Shown here piece by piece: positions 53,920 to 63,382 of a stretch of DNA of 64,000 nt (the first letter of the stretch is position 1; each line of letters opens with the position of its first letter). The notes beneath the pieces are model-generated. The model saw only the letters and a program-made list of their open reading frames with translations, searched no databases and was not told the origin of the DNA. The DNA is taken from IMG/VR virus record IMGVR_UViG_3300033997_000243, positions 62,001 through 126,000 of that record. One strand, 5' to 3'. A program made the translations under genes and the position numbers.

Positions 53920-54225
53920 TTAATTTACACATGAAGGCAATGGTGCAGGACTTACATACGTGAACTCTATTGCAGCTCCATGAGCGCCACGTACAAAATC
54001 AAGTTTTCCATTTTCAAATCTTTTCAGCCGATAATGAATGACCAGTGTAGAATTTATGCAATATCGTGCAATCTCTACAACTTCATCTTTAGGAATTTCT
54101 GGCTTCACTTCAACAGTTTTAACAGGTGCCTCTTTGTGAATATCCTCCACCATGAAAGGAATTCTGAACATCAAAATTGCTACTGTTACAGCAACAACTA
54201 ATGTGATTGTTTTACCTTTAGTCAT
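53920..54225 (-). CDS. Small protein with N-terminal membrane anchor
   Basis: ITLVVAVTVAILMF hydrophobic stretch. Confidence 0.65.
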   Translation of the reverse strand: MTKGKTITLVVAVTVAILMFRIPFMVEDIHKEAPVKTVEVKPEIPKDEVVEIARYCINSTLVIHYRLKRFENGKLDFVRGAHGAAIEFTYVSPAPLPSCVN

Positions 54226-54236
54226 AACCTACCCTT

Positions 54237-54251
54237 ACTGATTTACAGTTT
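54237..54251 (-). promoter_or_regulatory. Repeated motif AAACTGTAAATCAGT (copy 2)
   Basis: Intergenic, directly before the SD of the 54225 gene. Confidence 0.55.
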
Positions 54252-54252
54252 A

Positions 54253-54864
54253 CTATTTTCTACGATTTCTCTTACGCGCTGCTTTGGCGGCCTTGCGCTT
54301 TTCCTTACTGGCTTTCACTCCACCAATTTTAGTAGGTTTACTATTCCATGATGGACGTTTGCTTTCTTTATGGTAAAAGGCAGCTTCATCGTACTGATAT
54401 TTGACTTTTATTGTGCCTTCAATTGGAGAATCATTAAGCTTGACTGAATTACCTTCTACCGTGAATTGAACTGGCTCATTATTCAATAAAACTTGAATTC
54501 CGTCTTGTACGTATAATCCATCATCCACAAAATCTTTTTCCAGCACACGTACACTGGACGAAGTATTATTCCAAGTCACTGGATTGTCTCTTACCTCCAT
54601 CCAAGGATTTCCACATTCAGTGGTGAATACCACTGTTTTGGGTTTTGCATCAGGATCGATTTTATCCACAATGCTTGGGCAGTAGATTAAATTTGCTCCG
54701 TTCCCTATACGTTGTTTAATAGCTCTGAAGGAAGATGATCCAACTGAATCAATTACAACCGCGTCTTTGGAATCTACGAGACTCTCAGAAGAACAAAATT
54801 CAAAGTATTCAACAGCTCTCTTTAAAGCTTCTGGATCTACCGCTTCTATTTCTTTTTGAGGCAT
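54253..54864 (-). CDS. Hypothetical protein with basic C-terminal tail
   Basis: Ends KEKRKAAKAARKRNRRK. Confidence 0.7.
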   Translation of the reverse strand: MPQKEIEAVDPEALKRAVEYFEFCSSESLVDSKDAVVIDSVGSSSFRAIKQRIGNGANLIYCPSIVDKIDPDAKPKTVVFTTECGNPWMEVRDNPVTWNNTSSSVRVLEKDFVDDGLYVQDGIQVLLNNEPVQFTVEGNSVKLNDSPIEGTIKVKYQYDEAAFYHKESKRPSWNSKPTKIGGVKASKEKRKAAKAARKRNRRK

Positions 54865-55160
54865 TCTAAATTCCTTAAGTTTCTGTGTTTGTATACAGCA
54901 ACAATATCAAAAGGCGATTCAGGATCGATACTGCCGTAGACGCGAATAGCATTGCGTTTTTCACAATATTCCCAATCGTGCATACGATCTAAAAAGAAAA
55001 CCGTATGATGGTGTAACATACATCCTTTCATGCTTTTAAACATTTCTTCATTTAAAAGAAGTGCTACATATACTGGCTGTTGATCGACCGGATGCCATTC
55101 ACGAGTGTTATAAGGATTCTTAGTCCTAACGATAGTACCCTTTAATGCTTGTGTAGTCAT
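54846..55160 (-). CDS. Hypothetical protein
   Basis: Start at 55160 by ATGA coupling. Confidence 0.6.
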   Translation of the reverse strand: MTTQALKGTIVRTKNPYNTREWHPVDQQPVYVALLLNEEMFKSMKGCMLHHHTVFFLDRMHDWEYCEKRNAIRVYGSIDPESPFDIVAVYKHRNLRNLECLKKK

Positions 55161-55453
55161 GTTTTTGCACCAACTCTTGTGTTTATCCAAGTGCAGTACA
55201 GTTGCATGACTTCATCCATAACAATAGCAATCGGTTGCAGCAAATCTTTTTCCGAAAACTGAAGTTCAAAACATTGACCGGATTCATCAACACGTAAATA
55301 ATAACTTATGTTGAAAACAATATCACGATCTTGGTTTGGTCTTGGAAGCGAAGCATGTGGCTCCACTCCGGCCACAGCTAAATGCCCTAAACGATTTTTA
55401 AATGCAGCCAATATATCTAACACACTTAACTTGTTCATATTTTTCCTTAACAC
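55157..55453 (-). CDS. Hypothetical protein
   Basis: Coupled ORF. Confidence 0.55.
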   Translation of the reverse strand: MLRKNMNKLSVLDILAAFKNRLGHLAVAGVEPHASLPRPNQDRDIVFNISYYLRVDESGQCFELQFSEKDLLQPIAIVMDEVMQLYCTWINTRVGAKT

Positions 55454-56361
55454 TCAGCCAGATCTTTAAATAAATCTTCGACAACTCCGCAAGGTTCACA
55501 TACTAACCAATCGGCATCCAACTCTTTGACATCAATTTGGTGATCTACAAAATTTAACCAGTATTCGTTGAAATCAATTTCCTTCAGTGTTCCTTTGGTG
55601 CATTCATAATCACCTACTTTGGTGATCCACATTATGAATAAAAGCATCATTTGAGTTTTTACGTATTCACGTAATTCAGATTTACGTTTGGTCAATCTTA
55701 TTTCACGATCTGCCCAAGCTAAAGACATATCTGAAAGGATTTTTACATCTGACCACAAAGCTGTTAATAAATCAGCTCCTTTAAGTTCAGCATTTTTTGC
55801 TTGATTGACCCAAAATATTTCATTATTTTCGACCGTAAAATCAAACGGATGCTCTATGATCTTTGGCTTATCGGCTTCAGCTTGGCTATATCGCATAAAG
55901 GTGCGGGGCATATTCAAGTAAACTTGTTTTCCGCTAAAGTGTTGCTTTTCAAGACTGCGCTTTTGTTTTATATCCAGTGCATGGCGTACACGCATTTCAT
56001 TGCATCCGTATGATGGACGCTCCCAAATATTTATTCCATGTTCTTTTTGCCAAGCAACAACTTCTTTCGCATCAACAATAATTCTTAAATCATCTAGTGT
56101 GTATGCACCCAACAATTTACTACGTACAGTCATTTGATGTTTCGATACATCTTCTTTTTCAATGTACTGTAGTCTTTGCAGTTCATAAACCACTTCTGGA
56201 TCTAAAGTAATCTTGTAAAGAGCGTTATATCGATGGTGGTTATATTCCTCAATATTGGCAACGTAACCACGAATTCGACCTGCTGGATTTTCAGAAGCAA
56301 CTTCTACCAGCGTATACAATGGAATAGGATTGAACGGCTTAGATCTTAAATAAATTCTCAT
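55447..56361 (-). CDS. Hypothetical protein
   Basis: 304 aa; SD AAGGA. Confidence 0.7.
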   Translation of the reverse strand: MRIYLRSKPFNPIPLYTLVEVASENPAGRIRGYVANIEEYNHHRYNALYKITLDPEVVYELQRLQYIEKEDVSKHQMTVRSKLLGAYTLDDLRIIVDAKEVVAWQKEHGINIWERPSYGCNEMRVRHALDIKQKRSLEKQHFSGKQVYLNMPRTFMRYSQAEADKPKIIEHPFDFTVENNEIFWVNQAKNAELKGADLLTALWSDVKILSDMSLAWADREIRLTKRKSELREYVKTQMMLLFIMWITKVGDYECTKGTLKEIDFNEYWLNFVDHQIDVKELDADWLVCEPCGVVEDLFKDLAEC

Positions 56362-56840
56362 TTGATTTCCTTAAAATCTGACAACATCTGACTAAAGAAG
56401 TTTTGAATGCGAGAACTGAATTCAGTTGCTTCTGCTTCTGAATAGCAAGGTGTAGCAAAGATAATGTCAGAAAGATTATCAATTGTTTTTAAAAATTCTG
56501 GTGGAATACGCAGAGCAATAAATATTTCATTACTATCAGGTCGCTTTAATTTGTGCGTCCATTCGTAGTCAGAATATTCATACACAGCATTTAAAATATC
56601 TAACAACAATTTGTCTGTTCTACGTGCTTGTTCTTGAGCGGCCAACATTTGTTTTTCATTTGCTTCTTCTTGGCCAGACTCTAACAAAGTTAGTTCATGT
56701 GCAGTTCGCATAGCAAGACCGCTACCATAACTTTCGTCAATGTCTTTCATAAAAGTTGGCTTTATTCTTACATAGTAAGATTCGCCTGAAAAATAAACAG
56801 CGCACATTTGAATATTCATTGTCTGAAGTGTTCCTTGCAT
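56358..56840 (-). CDS. Hypothetical protein
   Basis: Coupled ORF. Confidence 0.6.
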   Translation of the reverse strand: MQGTLQTMNIQMCAVYFSGESYYVRIKPTFMKDIDESYGSGLAMRTAHELTLLESGQEEANEKQMLAAQEQARRTDKLLLDILNAVYEYSDYEWTHKLKRPDSNEIFIALRIPPEFLKTIDNLSDIIFATPCYSEAEATEFSSRIQNFFSQMLSDFKEIK

Positions 56841-57484
56841 TTGTTTTTGGTTATTTCATACGGATAATAAGAATCGAGAATCATTGCTGGCTTTTCGCAA
56901 TACGCACACGTTATTATTTTGTGCTTGGCCGCATATATTTTGTTTATCAATCTGGTTTTACCCAATACCGATGTTTCTACAAATACTTCATCATCCAACG
57001 CCATTTTAGTAGAGAAAGATGTTTTTGGCGCGTAAACTGAATTCGAGGCTAAAAGATTAAGTCCGTGCTTTAATCTGTTGACAGCAAAGTTATCCATAGG
57101 ACTGTCGAATGCACCTATAAACAAAGCTATTTGTCTGTCAGTTTCTCCGGTTGTCCAATGACTTGCATAATCAAACATTCGATAGATGTTTCCGGCCACT
57201 AGAGGAAGTTCGACAGGATCTCCACTTCGCTCTAAAAACGCATTGATTGTCCCAGTAGATTCAAACAATGGCATGAAGTACATAAAGCCAGTTCGATCTA
57301 CGTGAGGCGCTACATTAGGATGCCAACCGTATAATTCAACACCTTTTTTATTTTGAGTACCTACAACTGGATCGGTAAATCTTTGTTTTGTGTTCAACAC
57401 TGCTTTGGTGGCAGCAATATGTCTGTGATTTAACACTGATTCGCTTACAGGGAAGTTCCCGACTATTTTTAATATTTCTTTCAA
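56816..57484 (-). CDS. Putative 2OG-Fe(II) dioxygenase/cupin with C-terminal Cys/His finger
   Basis: PHVD (HxD), G..Y.MF...SH (distal His), downstream R in TDRQIALF; C-terminal CAYC...C..H. Confidence 0.5.
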   Translation of the reverse strand: MKEILKIVGNFPVSESVLNHRHIAATKAVLNTKQRFTDPVVGTQNKKGVELYGWHPNVAPHVDRTGFMYFMPLFESTGTINAFLERSGDPVELPLVAGNIYRMFDYASHWTTGETDRQIALFIGAFDSPMDNFAVNRLKHGLNLLASNSVYAPKTSFSTKMALDDEVFVETSVLGKTRLINKIYAAKHKIITCAYCEKPAMILDSYYPYEITKNKCKEHFRQ

Positions 57485-57502
57485 AGTAAGCTCCCTATAA
57501 AT

Positions 57503-57676
57503 TTATTTCTTAAACTGAACTTTATCTATTGGTTGAATAAACTCAATTCCTGATATTTTATCAATGAAGCAAACTTTATCAGCTGTTAGATTTGTTACTG
57601 TGCATGTTCCAGTTCGAGTTTTCTTCTTTTTATCTTTATATGTGTACGAGTAGACGGTGCCAACTTTTAGCCTCAC
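57503..57676 (-). CDS. Small SH3-like protein, 57 aa, absent from the ORF track; paralog of 57699
   Basis: SD GAGGAG, GTG start; MRLKVGTVYSYTYKDKKKKTRTGTCTVTNLTADKVCFIDKISGIEFIQPIDKVQFKK. Confidence 0.8.
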   Translation of the reverse strand: MRLKVGTVYSYTYKDKKKKTRTGTCTVTNLTADKVCFIDKISGIEFIQPIDKVQFKK

Positions 57677-57698
57677 TTTGATTCTCCTCGATAAACAA

Positions 57699-57899
57699 TT
57701 AATCCACTACTGCCGTAAAAGTTACTTCATCTGCTCTGCGTATAAACTCTATGTCAGAAATGCAATCGATAAACTTTACGTTGACTGGAGTTATATCAAC
57801 AATAACACAAACGCCAGTACGTACTCCATTTCCACGTTTTTCTTTAAATGAATATTGGGCTTTAAGACCTACACGCGGATTCAGTTTTTTCTTGTTCAT
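57699..57899 (-). CDS. Small SH3-like protein, paralog of 57503
   Basis: RVG....Y..K.K....RTG.C.....V.FID.IS.IEFI. Confidence 0.75.
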   Translation of the reverse strand: MNKKKLNPRVGLKAQYSFKEKRGNGVRTGVCVIVDITPVNVKFIDCISDIEFIRRADEVTFTAVVD

Positions 57900-58294
57900 T
57901 TTATACTCTGCCTTATTCTATAAAGCGCGTTTTGTATTTTAGATTGACCTTGCATTCCAATCCAATAAGAATGAATATTAGGCATGACCTTAAATTCTTC
58001 ATCAAATCTACTTATATTGTTCAACAAATCTTCCAAAGTATAAACATCCAAAACTTTCCATATATGTTCTGGACTCAAGTTGTCATCTAAAAACTGAAAT
58101 ACTTTGTTGTCTTTATGTTTATCAAATTTTTGTATAGCCAGATCCGCTTTCTGCACTACACTTACAGTACGTGCAAGATAATAACCTTGACGTACCAAGC
58201 TTTGGACTATAAAGCGATCAACTGCTTGCTGCTCTGTAAAGCTAAATACATTCATTTGATTCTCCAAACAAAGACTTTTGTTTAGCCAATTCAT
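57896..58294 (-). CDS. Hypothetical protein
   Basis: Coupled ORF. Confidence 0.6.
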   Translation of the reverse strand: MNWLNKSLCLENQMNVFSFTEQQAVDRFIVQSLVRQGYYLARTVSVVQKADLAIQKFDKHKDNKVFQFLDDNLSPEHIWKVLDVYTLEDLLNNISRFDEEFKVMPNIHSYWIGMQGQSKIQNALYRIRQSIK

Positions 58295-58808
58295 TTAATT
58301 CTTTTTCAATCAAAAATGTAGCGTCAAGTAATTGATCGACTTGATTAATAATCCTTTTAAGGATTTTACACAGCTTTGCTTCGCCACCGACTTCATGTGA
58401 GTGTATGCGTATTTTAAACTTGCACGAAGAAATTTCAAAAATTGATATTAAGTTACCAGAAGGTGATTTGTCACGTTTCCAGTAAATAGCACCACTGAAC
58501 GGAGTATCTTCATCATTCAAGTGTGTATGGTACGTAGAGTAACTATTGGAATGAACAGCCCTAATATAACGGTCGATACAAACGATTGCTGTTTCGCATT
58601 TTTCTCGAAACTTGCTGGCAGCTTTGTGCCCATATTCACCATAGCTATGAATACCAACAACTGTGCTACCCCAAGCAATAGTAAACTTTCCATAAAAATG
58701 AATTGGAACTTCGTATTCTGGAGTCTGCTTTACTCGCGTTTCCCAAGAAATAGAATTCAAACTTGGTGACGGTTGGAGAAATGTACGACCGCTATATTCT
58801 TTGCTCAT
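58242..58808 (-). CDS. Hypothetical protein
   Basis: SD AAGGG; 188 aa. Confidence 0.65.
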   Translation of the reverse strand: MSKEYSGRTFLQPSPSLNSISWETRVKQTPEYEVPIHFYGKFTIAWGSTVVGIHSYGEYGHKAASKFREKCETAIVCIDRYIRAVHSNSYSTYHTHLNDEDTPFSGAIYWKRDKSPSGNLISIFEISSCKFKIRIHSHEVGGEAKLCKILKRIINQVDQLLDATFLIEKELNELAKQKSLFGESNECI

Positions 58809-58817
58809 GATTTTCCC

Positions 58818-59693
58818 TTAAAAGTTTTTGATTATTACCTCTACTGTTCCATTGTCTTTTGTATCGGCTGCTCGATTCAATGAGTAGAGTTCACCCTTAC
58901 CCGTAAAAGAAGGATAAGAATAATTGTATTGTTTCATCCACTTTGCCAGTGGTTTGTTTTTATGCCCACGATGTTTTGTTACGTTACTGAGTACCCAACG
59001 TATTCCAATTTTGTTCAGGTAATCAAGTAAGTCACGCAACTTTTGATCGTCTGCTGCTGTCCATTCGCCAACATATACATTTGCACCACTGGCTAAATAC
59101 GGCGGATCAAAATAAAACACATGCGATTTATCTGCTTTAGCCAGTGCGTGTTTCACATACTGCAAGTAAGTTTTGTTGTGTAACTTAACTCGTTGCAAGC
59201 GAGTCCAAAATTGCTGAATCCAAAAATCACGACTTTTAGATTTCTGTGGACTACGAAAACCAAAAGGTAAGTTGAATTCACCTTCTTCGTTAAAACGAAT
59301 CAAACTGCTGAAACTGTGCTTGCTTAAAACCCACAAATCAAACCAATTGGGAGACTTATTAAACTTATTGCGAAAGCGATAGTAAGCGTCCTCGTATTCT
59401 CGCGTGTTACCAAGTTTGTGTTTGCGTATTGTAGCATCCAACTGCTTAACAATTTCTTGCCAAGTTGGTCTGGATTTTAAATGGCACAGTACACCATACA
59501 CATTCGGATCTAATTCGTTAATGTGTACTGTTTTAGCTATAGGCATATTCAAACCTACAGTACCACTTCCACCAAACACATCATGTAATACTTTTACCGG
59601 AGAACAATTTTGTTGTAGGGCCGCCAACAACTTGTACTTGCTTCCTTGATAACTTAATGGCGATCTTACTAATAAATGACTATCCATTATCAA
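58818..59693 (-). CDS. dam: Dam/D12-class N6-adenine DNA methyltransferase
   Basis: RSPLSYQGSK..LL, DVFGGSG.V (motif I), INELD, FNLPFG, FYFDPPY (motif IV), LSN. Confidence 0.9.
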   Translation of the reverse strand: MIMDSHLLVRSPLSYQGSKYKLLAALQQNCSPVKVLHDVFGGSGTVGLNMPIAKTVHINELDPNVYGVLCHLKSRPTWQEIVKQLDATIRKHKLGNTREYEDAYYRFRNKFNKSPNWFDLWVLSKHSFSSLIRFNEEGEFNLPFGFRSPQKSKSRDFWIQQFWTRLQRVKLHNKTYLQYVKHALAKADKSHVFYFDPPYLASGANVYVGEWTAADDQKLRDLLDYLNKIGIRWVLSNVTKHRGHKNKPLAKWMKQYNYSYPSFTGKGELYSLNRAADTKDNGTVEVIIKNF

Positions 59694-59971
59694 ACCTTTC
59701 TGTATGCTGTGACTGATTGTACTGCTTCAAACTTTTCTTTGGTGTAACCTATGCCTTTACACAAATCACATTCAACGTGACGTATTTGAATTTTTTCTAC
59801 AAAGCCACTATCCGGTAAATTTGATGGATACGCATCATATTTTTCTTGCCGCTTTCCACTACCCGCGCATTTTGGGCATTTATGTAGACCTTCATGTGCT
59901 GCACAAGCATCGGCAGTGTCAAATACTTTACCGTCAGCGGCCTCGAACTTGGGAACCGTTATTTTACGCAT
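59690..59971 (-). CDS. Small protein with DnaJ-type zinc finger repeats
   Basis: CPKCAGSG and CDLCKGIG. Confidence 0.75.
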   Translation of the reverse strand: MRKITVPKFEAADGKVFDTADACAAHEGLHKCPKCAGSGKRQEKYDAYPSNLPDSGFVEKIQIRHVECDLCKGIGYTKEKFEAVQSVTAYRKV

Positions 59972-60030
59972 GTTACCTCCAGTTTTAAAACTATGACTGG
60001 AAATGAAAAATCCTCCAGCTTATGCCAGAG

Positions 60031-60042
60031 GATTTACAGTTT
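60031..60042 (-). promoter_or_regulatory. Repeated motif core AAACTGTAAATC (copy 3), overlapping a hairpin
   Basis: Intergenic upstream of 59971; overlaps the AAATCCTC/GAGGATTT stem. Confidence 0.5.
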
Positions 60043-60046
60043 TGTA

Positions 60047-61198
60047 CTATTCAGCGATATATTGAGTCGGTAAACCTAATGTCACACATGAGGCCATTGC
60101 GTTAAAGCAAGCTCTATTTATTTCATTGTTATGATCCACGAAATTCTTTTCATGAAAAATACCTAAAGTCGTATGGCCACGTACTGCAAATTTACTGATC
60201 GGTTCTGTTGTATAAACAACAGTGACTCCATTCACTACTTCAGTCTTATTTTCATAGTGGTCAAACACGCGAATAAAAATATTACCTTCTCCACCTAAAG
60301 TAATTAACTTTGCTATTTCATAGTTGGGAAATTTTCTCACCGAATCTATAAAAGCATTGGCTTTAACAATATGAGACTTACGCTTAACATCCTGTATATC
60401 TGAAATTATTTTCAGTGGCTTCATTGTTTTGTTGCCTGTGAGTGATCTTAAATAAATAAGGTAGGCAACTGAATCTAAAATATCACCTTTTTCCAGGTGA
60501 GCAATTAATGACTCACGACATTGATCTGCGTTAACAAAGAAACGTCCTTTTCCAAGTTCTTCCTTATTAACGTGTTCTGGAACAACAGACCAACCTTCGG
60601 ACAATCCATATTGTTCTTGCGACTGAAAAAGTTTACTGGCTAATTCTTTGAAGAAAATTGTAAGAACTTCTGTTGTTGATTTGTGCAGACCTTCAGGAAA
60701 CTTCAACGCTTCTCGGCTGGAACCAAAAAATTGGTTAGCATTTTCTTCGTGTCGGGTTTCGGCCTTAATATTGATCAGTGTATTGCGAAAAGACTCACCT
60801 AAGTTATCTATCTCAATTTTAACACCGAATCTTTTAAACAAAGCTTCTGTCACAAAAATCAAACTTTGTCCAAAGTTGTGGTAAATATCGTCCTCGCTTT
60901 TATTCTGAATTGCAACAAGGAAAACATATTGATCCTCACAACGGAGTGTAGGATATTGCACAGTGTTATCCAGAATATTCGCTTGCATACACAAATGAGA
61001 AAGTCTGGTATACAATTGAGCTATTTCAAGTATGTAACGATTGTTGGAATTAAATGCTTTATTCGTAGTATCTATGTGTTCCGACTCTATTACACCTGAA
61101 GTATCTGACAAATATTTCAAATTTTCTACATGCTGATTAACAGCACAAACTGCCGCCACGTATTTCACATACATCTTGTTCCATAAATTCAGATTCAT
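60047..61198 (-). CDS. Hypothetical protein with possible MazG-like helical domain
   Basis: KL......YG...GW...C..SL..HL.KGD.LD...Y..YL resembles a recurrent phage domain. Confidence 0.6.
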   Translation of the reverse strand: MNLNLWNKMYVKYVAAVCAVNQHVENLKYLSDTSGVIESEHIDTTNKAFNSNNRYILEIAQLYTRLSHLCMQANILDNTVQYPTLRCEDQYVFLVAIQNKSEDDIYHNFGQSLIFVTEALFKRFGVKIEIDNLGESFRNTLINIKAETRHEENANQFFGSSREALKFPEGLHKSTTEVLTIFFKELASKLFQSQEQYGLSEGWSVVPEHVNKEELGKGRFFVNADQCRESLIAHLEKGDILDSVAYLIYLRSLTGNKTMKPLKIISDIQDVKRKSHIVKANAFIDSVRKFPNYEIAKLITLGGEGNIFIRVFDHYENKTEVVNGVTVVYTTEPISKFAVRGHTTLGIFHEKNFVDHNNEINRACFNAMASCVTLGLPTQYIAE

Positions 61199-61205
61199 AT
61201 TTACC

Positions 61206-61433
61206 TCACAGTAAATTAATTTTAATTGAAAGCCAATTCAAGTGCTCATAAAGATTAAATGTATCTAATAAAAACAAGACTGCTGAAATAGTGCTGATGA
61301 CCACACAAAAAGTAAAACGCAATAAATTCGATCTAACGTCCTCCAGATTCAATAAATCTTCATAAAGATTTTGAGCCATCACAAACCAAAATACGAATAA
61401 ACTAAGGTAGATCAATGGCAGTATCATTTTCAA
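61206..61433 (-). CDS. Small two-TM membrane protein
   Basis: Two hydrophobic segments. Confidence 0.6.
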   Translation of the reverse strand: MKMILPLIYLSLFVFWFVMAQNLYEDLLNLEDVRSNLLRFTFCVVISTISAVLFLLDTFNLYEHLNWLSIKINLL

Positions 61434-62077
61434 ATCCCCTCGTGTTCAATAAACCAGCTCAACACTTCACGGCCTTGATCTGTGTACATTTGTGCGGTTG
61501 ACCAAAACTTCTGCTGCTGGTAGAACAATTCGTCATCCGTAAAATCTGCATGTCCATGAATTTCGACAGAAAGTTTGCGTAGAATTTCTAAACGCTTAAT
61601 CTTATCGTCTGTCATGGCATACATCAAATCCGCATCACGTAGCGCAGCTTCAAAAATTGTTGTTGGCGTGTTTTCCAGTAAAAAAGGATATTGAGTTATC
61701 TTGATAAGACGTTTAATCTCTACCAAAATGTAACCATGATATTTATTTGTCAGTAAATCATCCACACCATTTAACGCATTTTGAATGTTAACAACATCAC
61801 TTTCTTTACCTACTGTGTGATCGTAATCGTGCATCAAACAGGCAAGAGCGAAAGTCTTATTGGGTTTGACTCCATTTGTAATAAGCAACCACTGAGCTAT
61901 AATGAATACTTGCTCCATGTGATCGTTGCTATGGTAATTTTTAGCGTCACCACTTGTATTGGTATTCTGAATTATTTCCCACTGAGTTTTCAAACCGAAA
62001 TTTTCTATAACACCCGCACTATACGCCCAATTAAACGCTGCTGTACGAATATTTAAAAATTGACCCACTGAATTCAT
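61430..62077 (-). CDS. HD-domain phosphohydrolase with class-I cyclic-nucleotide PDE-like signature
   Basis: YHSNDH, ACLMHDYDHTVG, LRDADL; SD AAGGA before ATG 62077. Confidence 0.75.
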   Translation of the reverse strand: MNSVGQFLNIRTAAFNWAYSAGVIENFGLKTQWEIIQNTNTSGDAKNYHSNDHMEQVFIIAQWLLITNGVKPNKTFALACLMHDYDHTVGKESDVVNIQNALNGVDDLLTNKYHGYILVEIKRLIKITQYPFLLENTPTTIFEAALRDADLMYAMTDDKIKRLEILRKLSVEIHGHADFTDDELFYQQQKFWSTAQMYTDQGREVLSWFIEHEGI

Positions 62078-62087
62078 TTTTCTTTCC

Positions 62088-62837
62088 TTAGATGAAACAA
62101 TCATCAGATCTACTAAACAACTTAGTACCATTTAATGTTTCCACAAATACATAGTTTCTGAAAGTATGCTTGCAGACTGGATGTAATTCTTTTTGTAGCT
62201 CAACATTGAAAACACCTGACCAGTATTTCAATAGCTTAACAGGATCAGCTTCATTTGTCTTTACTGCGTCTGCTAACTTTAATCGAATCGCAGCTTTTAA
62301 ACAATATTCTTCAAATGATTTACATGCTTGATTCAAGTCAAGATTGTAATGCTCACCAAAAAAGAATTCTTGTTCTTTCTGCACCAAAGAATCAAAATTA
62401 GTTAGATCTCCAAAACCAAACACTTTGATGTATACATCTTTTAATTGTTCGTATGAATTCCAACGCAACGTGATTGTCTGTACAAATTCTGGAACTTCAG
62501 TTTGAAATTCTACGAATTCTGATGTGTTTGGCATTCGTTTCATTATAATGCTAATAGATATATCTGGATTAGATTGCATTAATAAAACGCTGTGCTTGAA
62601 TATGTTTTCTACACGATCAAAACCTAATTCAGAATACACCAATGAAATATGGCCATGATCTTCAGTATCATTACCGCTGTTATACTCAAGCACCGATACA
62701 CCGTTATAAGAGTTTATTAAGCGAATAAGTGGAGTTAATGTTGGAGAAATTAAATTGTTAGCCAGATAACGATCCGTTATCTGTTTTCTTTTGAAAAGCA
62801 AATCTTCACTTACTCGTAGATAGTCGCAGTGAATCAT
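62088..62837 (-). CDS. Hypothetical protein
   Basis: SD AAGGAG before ATG 62837. Confidence 0.65.
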   Translation of the reverse strand: MIHCDYLRVSEDLLFKRKQITDRYLANNLISPTLTPLIRLINSYNGVSVLEYNSGNDTEDHGHISLVYSELGFDRVENIFKHSVLLMQSNPDISISIIMKRMPNTSEFVEFQTEVPEFVQTITLRWNSYEQLKDVYIKVFGFGDLTNFDSLVQKEQEFFFGEHYNLDLNQACKSFEEYCLKAAIRLKLADAVKTNEADPVKLLKYWSGVFNVELQKELHPVCKHTFRNYVFVETLNGTKLFSRSDDCFI

Positions 62838-62838
62838 A

Positions 62839-63381
62839 TTAAACTCCTTTGGAAACTTTGTTCCAGCGAATTCCTTGGCGTATAATAAAATCTTGCAAAG
62901 CCGAAGAATTTTCATTATTCAAGGACATACGTTTTAAAATATCAATATGCTTCATTACAGAGGCTTCTATAACCACCTGAACATTCGCAAATTCATTTTG
63001 CATATCAATATAAGGCGGCCATGTTAAATTGGTAACAATATGTGAAACATTTGGATCTTGAAAACCTAATATTTGTTCGGCATCTGTTAAGTTGTCACTA
63101 ATCTGTTTCGCGCATTTACGAAGTTCATAAGAAATACGTCCAGCCGAAGTTAATTCTGGCAGATAGGTATTATCAAAATACTTTTCACGCGCATTCTCAA
63201 AATCTTGCAGATTAAAATCCTGAGTTAAAACAAGTGCAAGGTTTAGTAAGTTTGTTGTCCAACGGGCAAAATATCTGTAAGACTTTACCGTTGCCTCTAT
63301 TTCAGAAAACTCTTGTTTTGGGGTGTTGGCCTTGTTTTCCGTTTGGGCTGGAACGCGACCTGATTCACTAGCTGAATTCAC
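62839..63381 (-). CDS. Hypothetical protein
   Basis: 180 aa, abutting ORFs. Confidence 0.6.
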   Translation of the reverse strand: MNSASESGRVPAQTENKANTPKQEFSEIEATVKSYRYFARWTTNLLNLALVLTQDFNLQDFENAREKYFDNTYLPELTSAGRISYELRKCAKQISDNLTDAEQILGFQDPNVSHIVTNLTWPPYIDMQNEFANVQVVIEASVMKHIDILKRMSLNNENSSALQDFIIRQGIRWNKVSKGV

Positions 63382-63382
63382 T

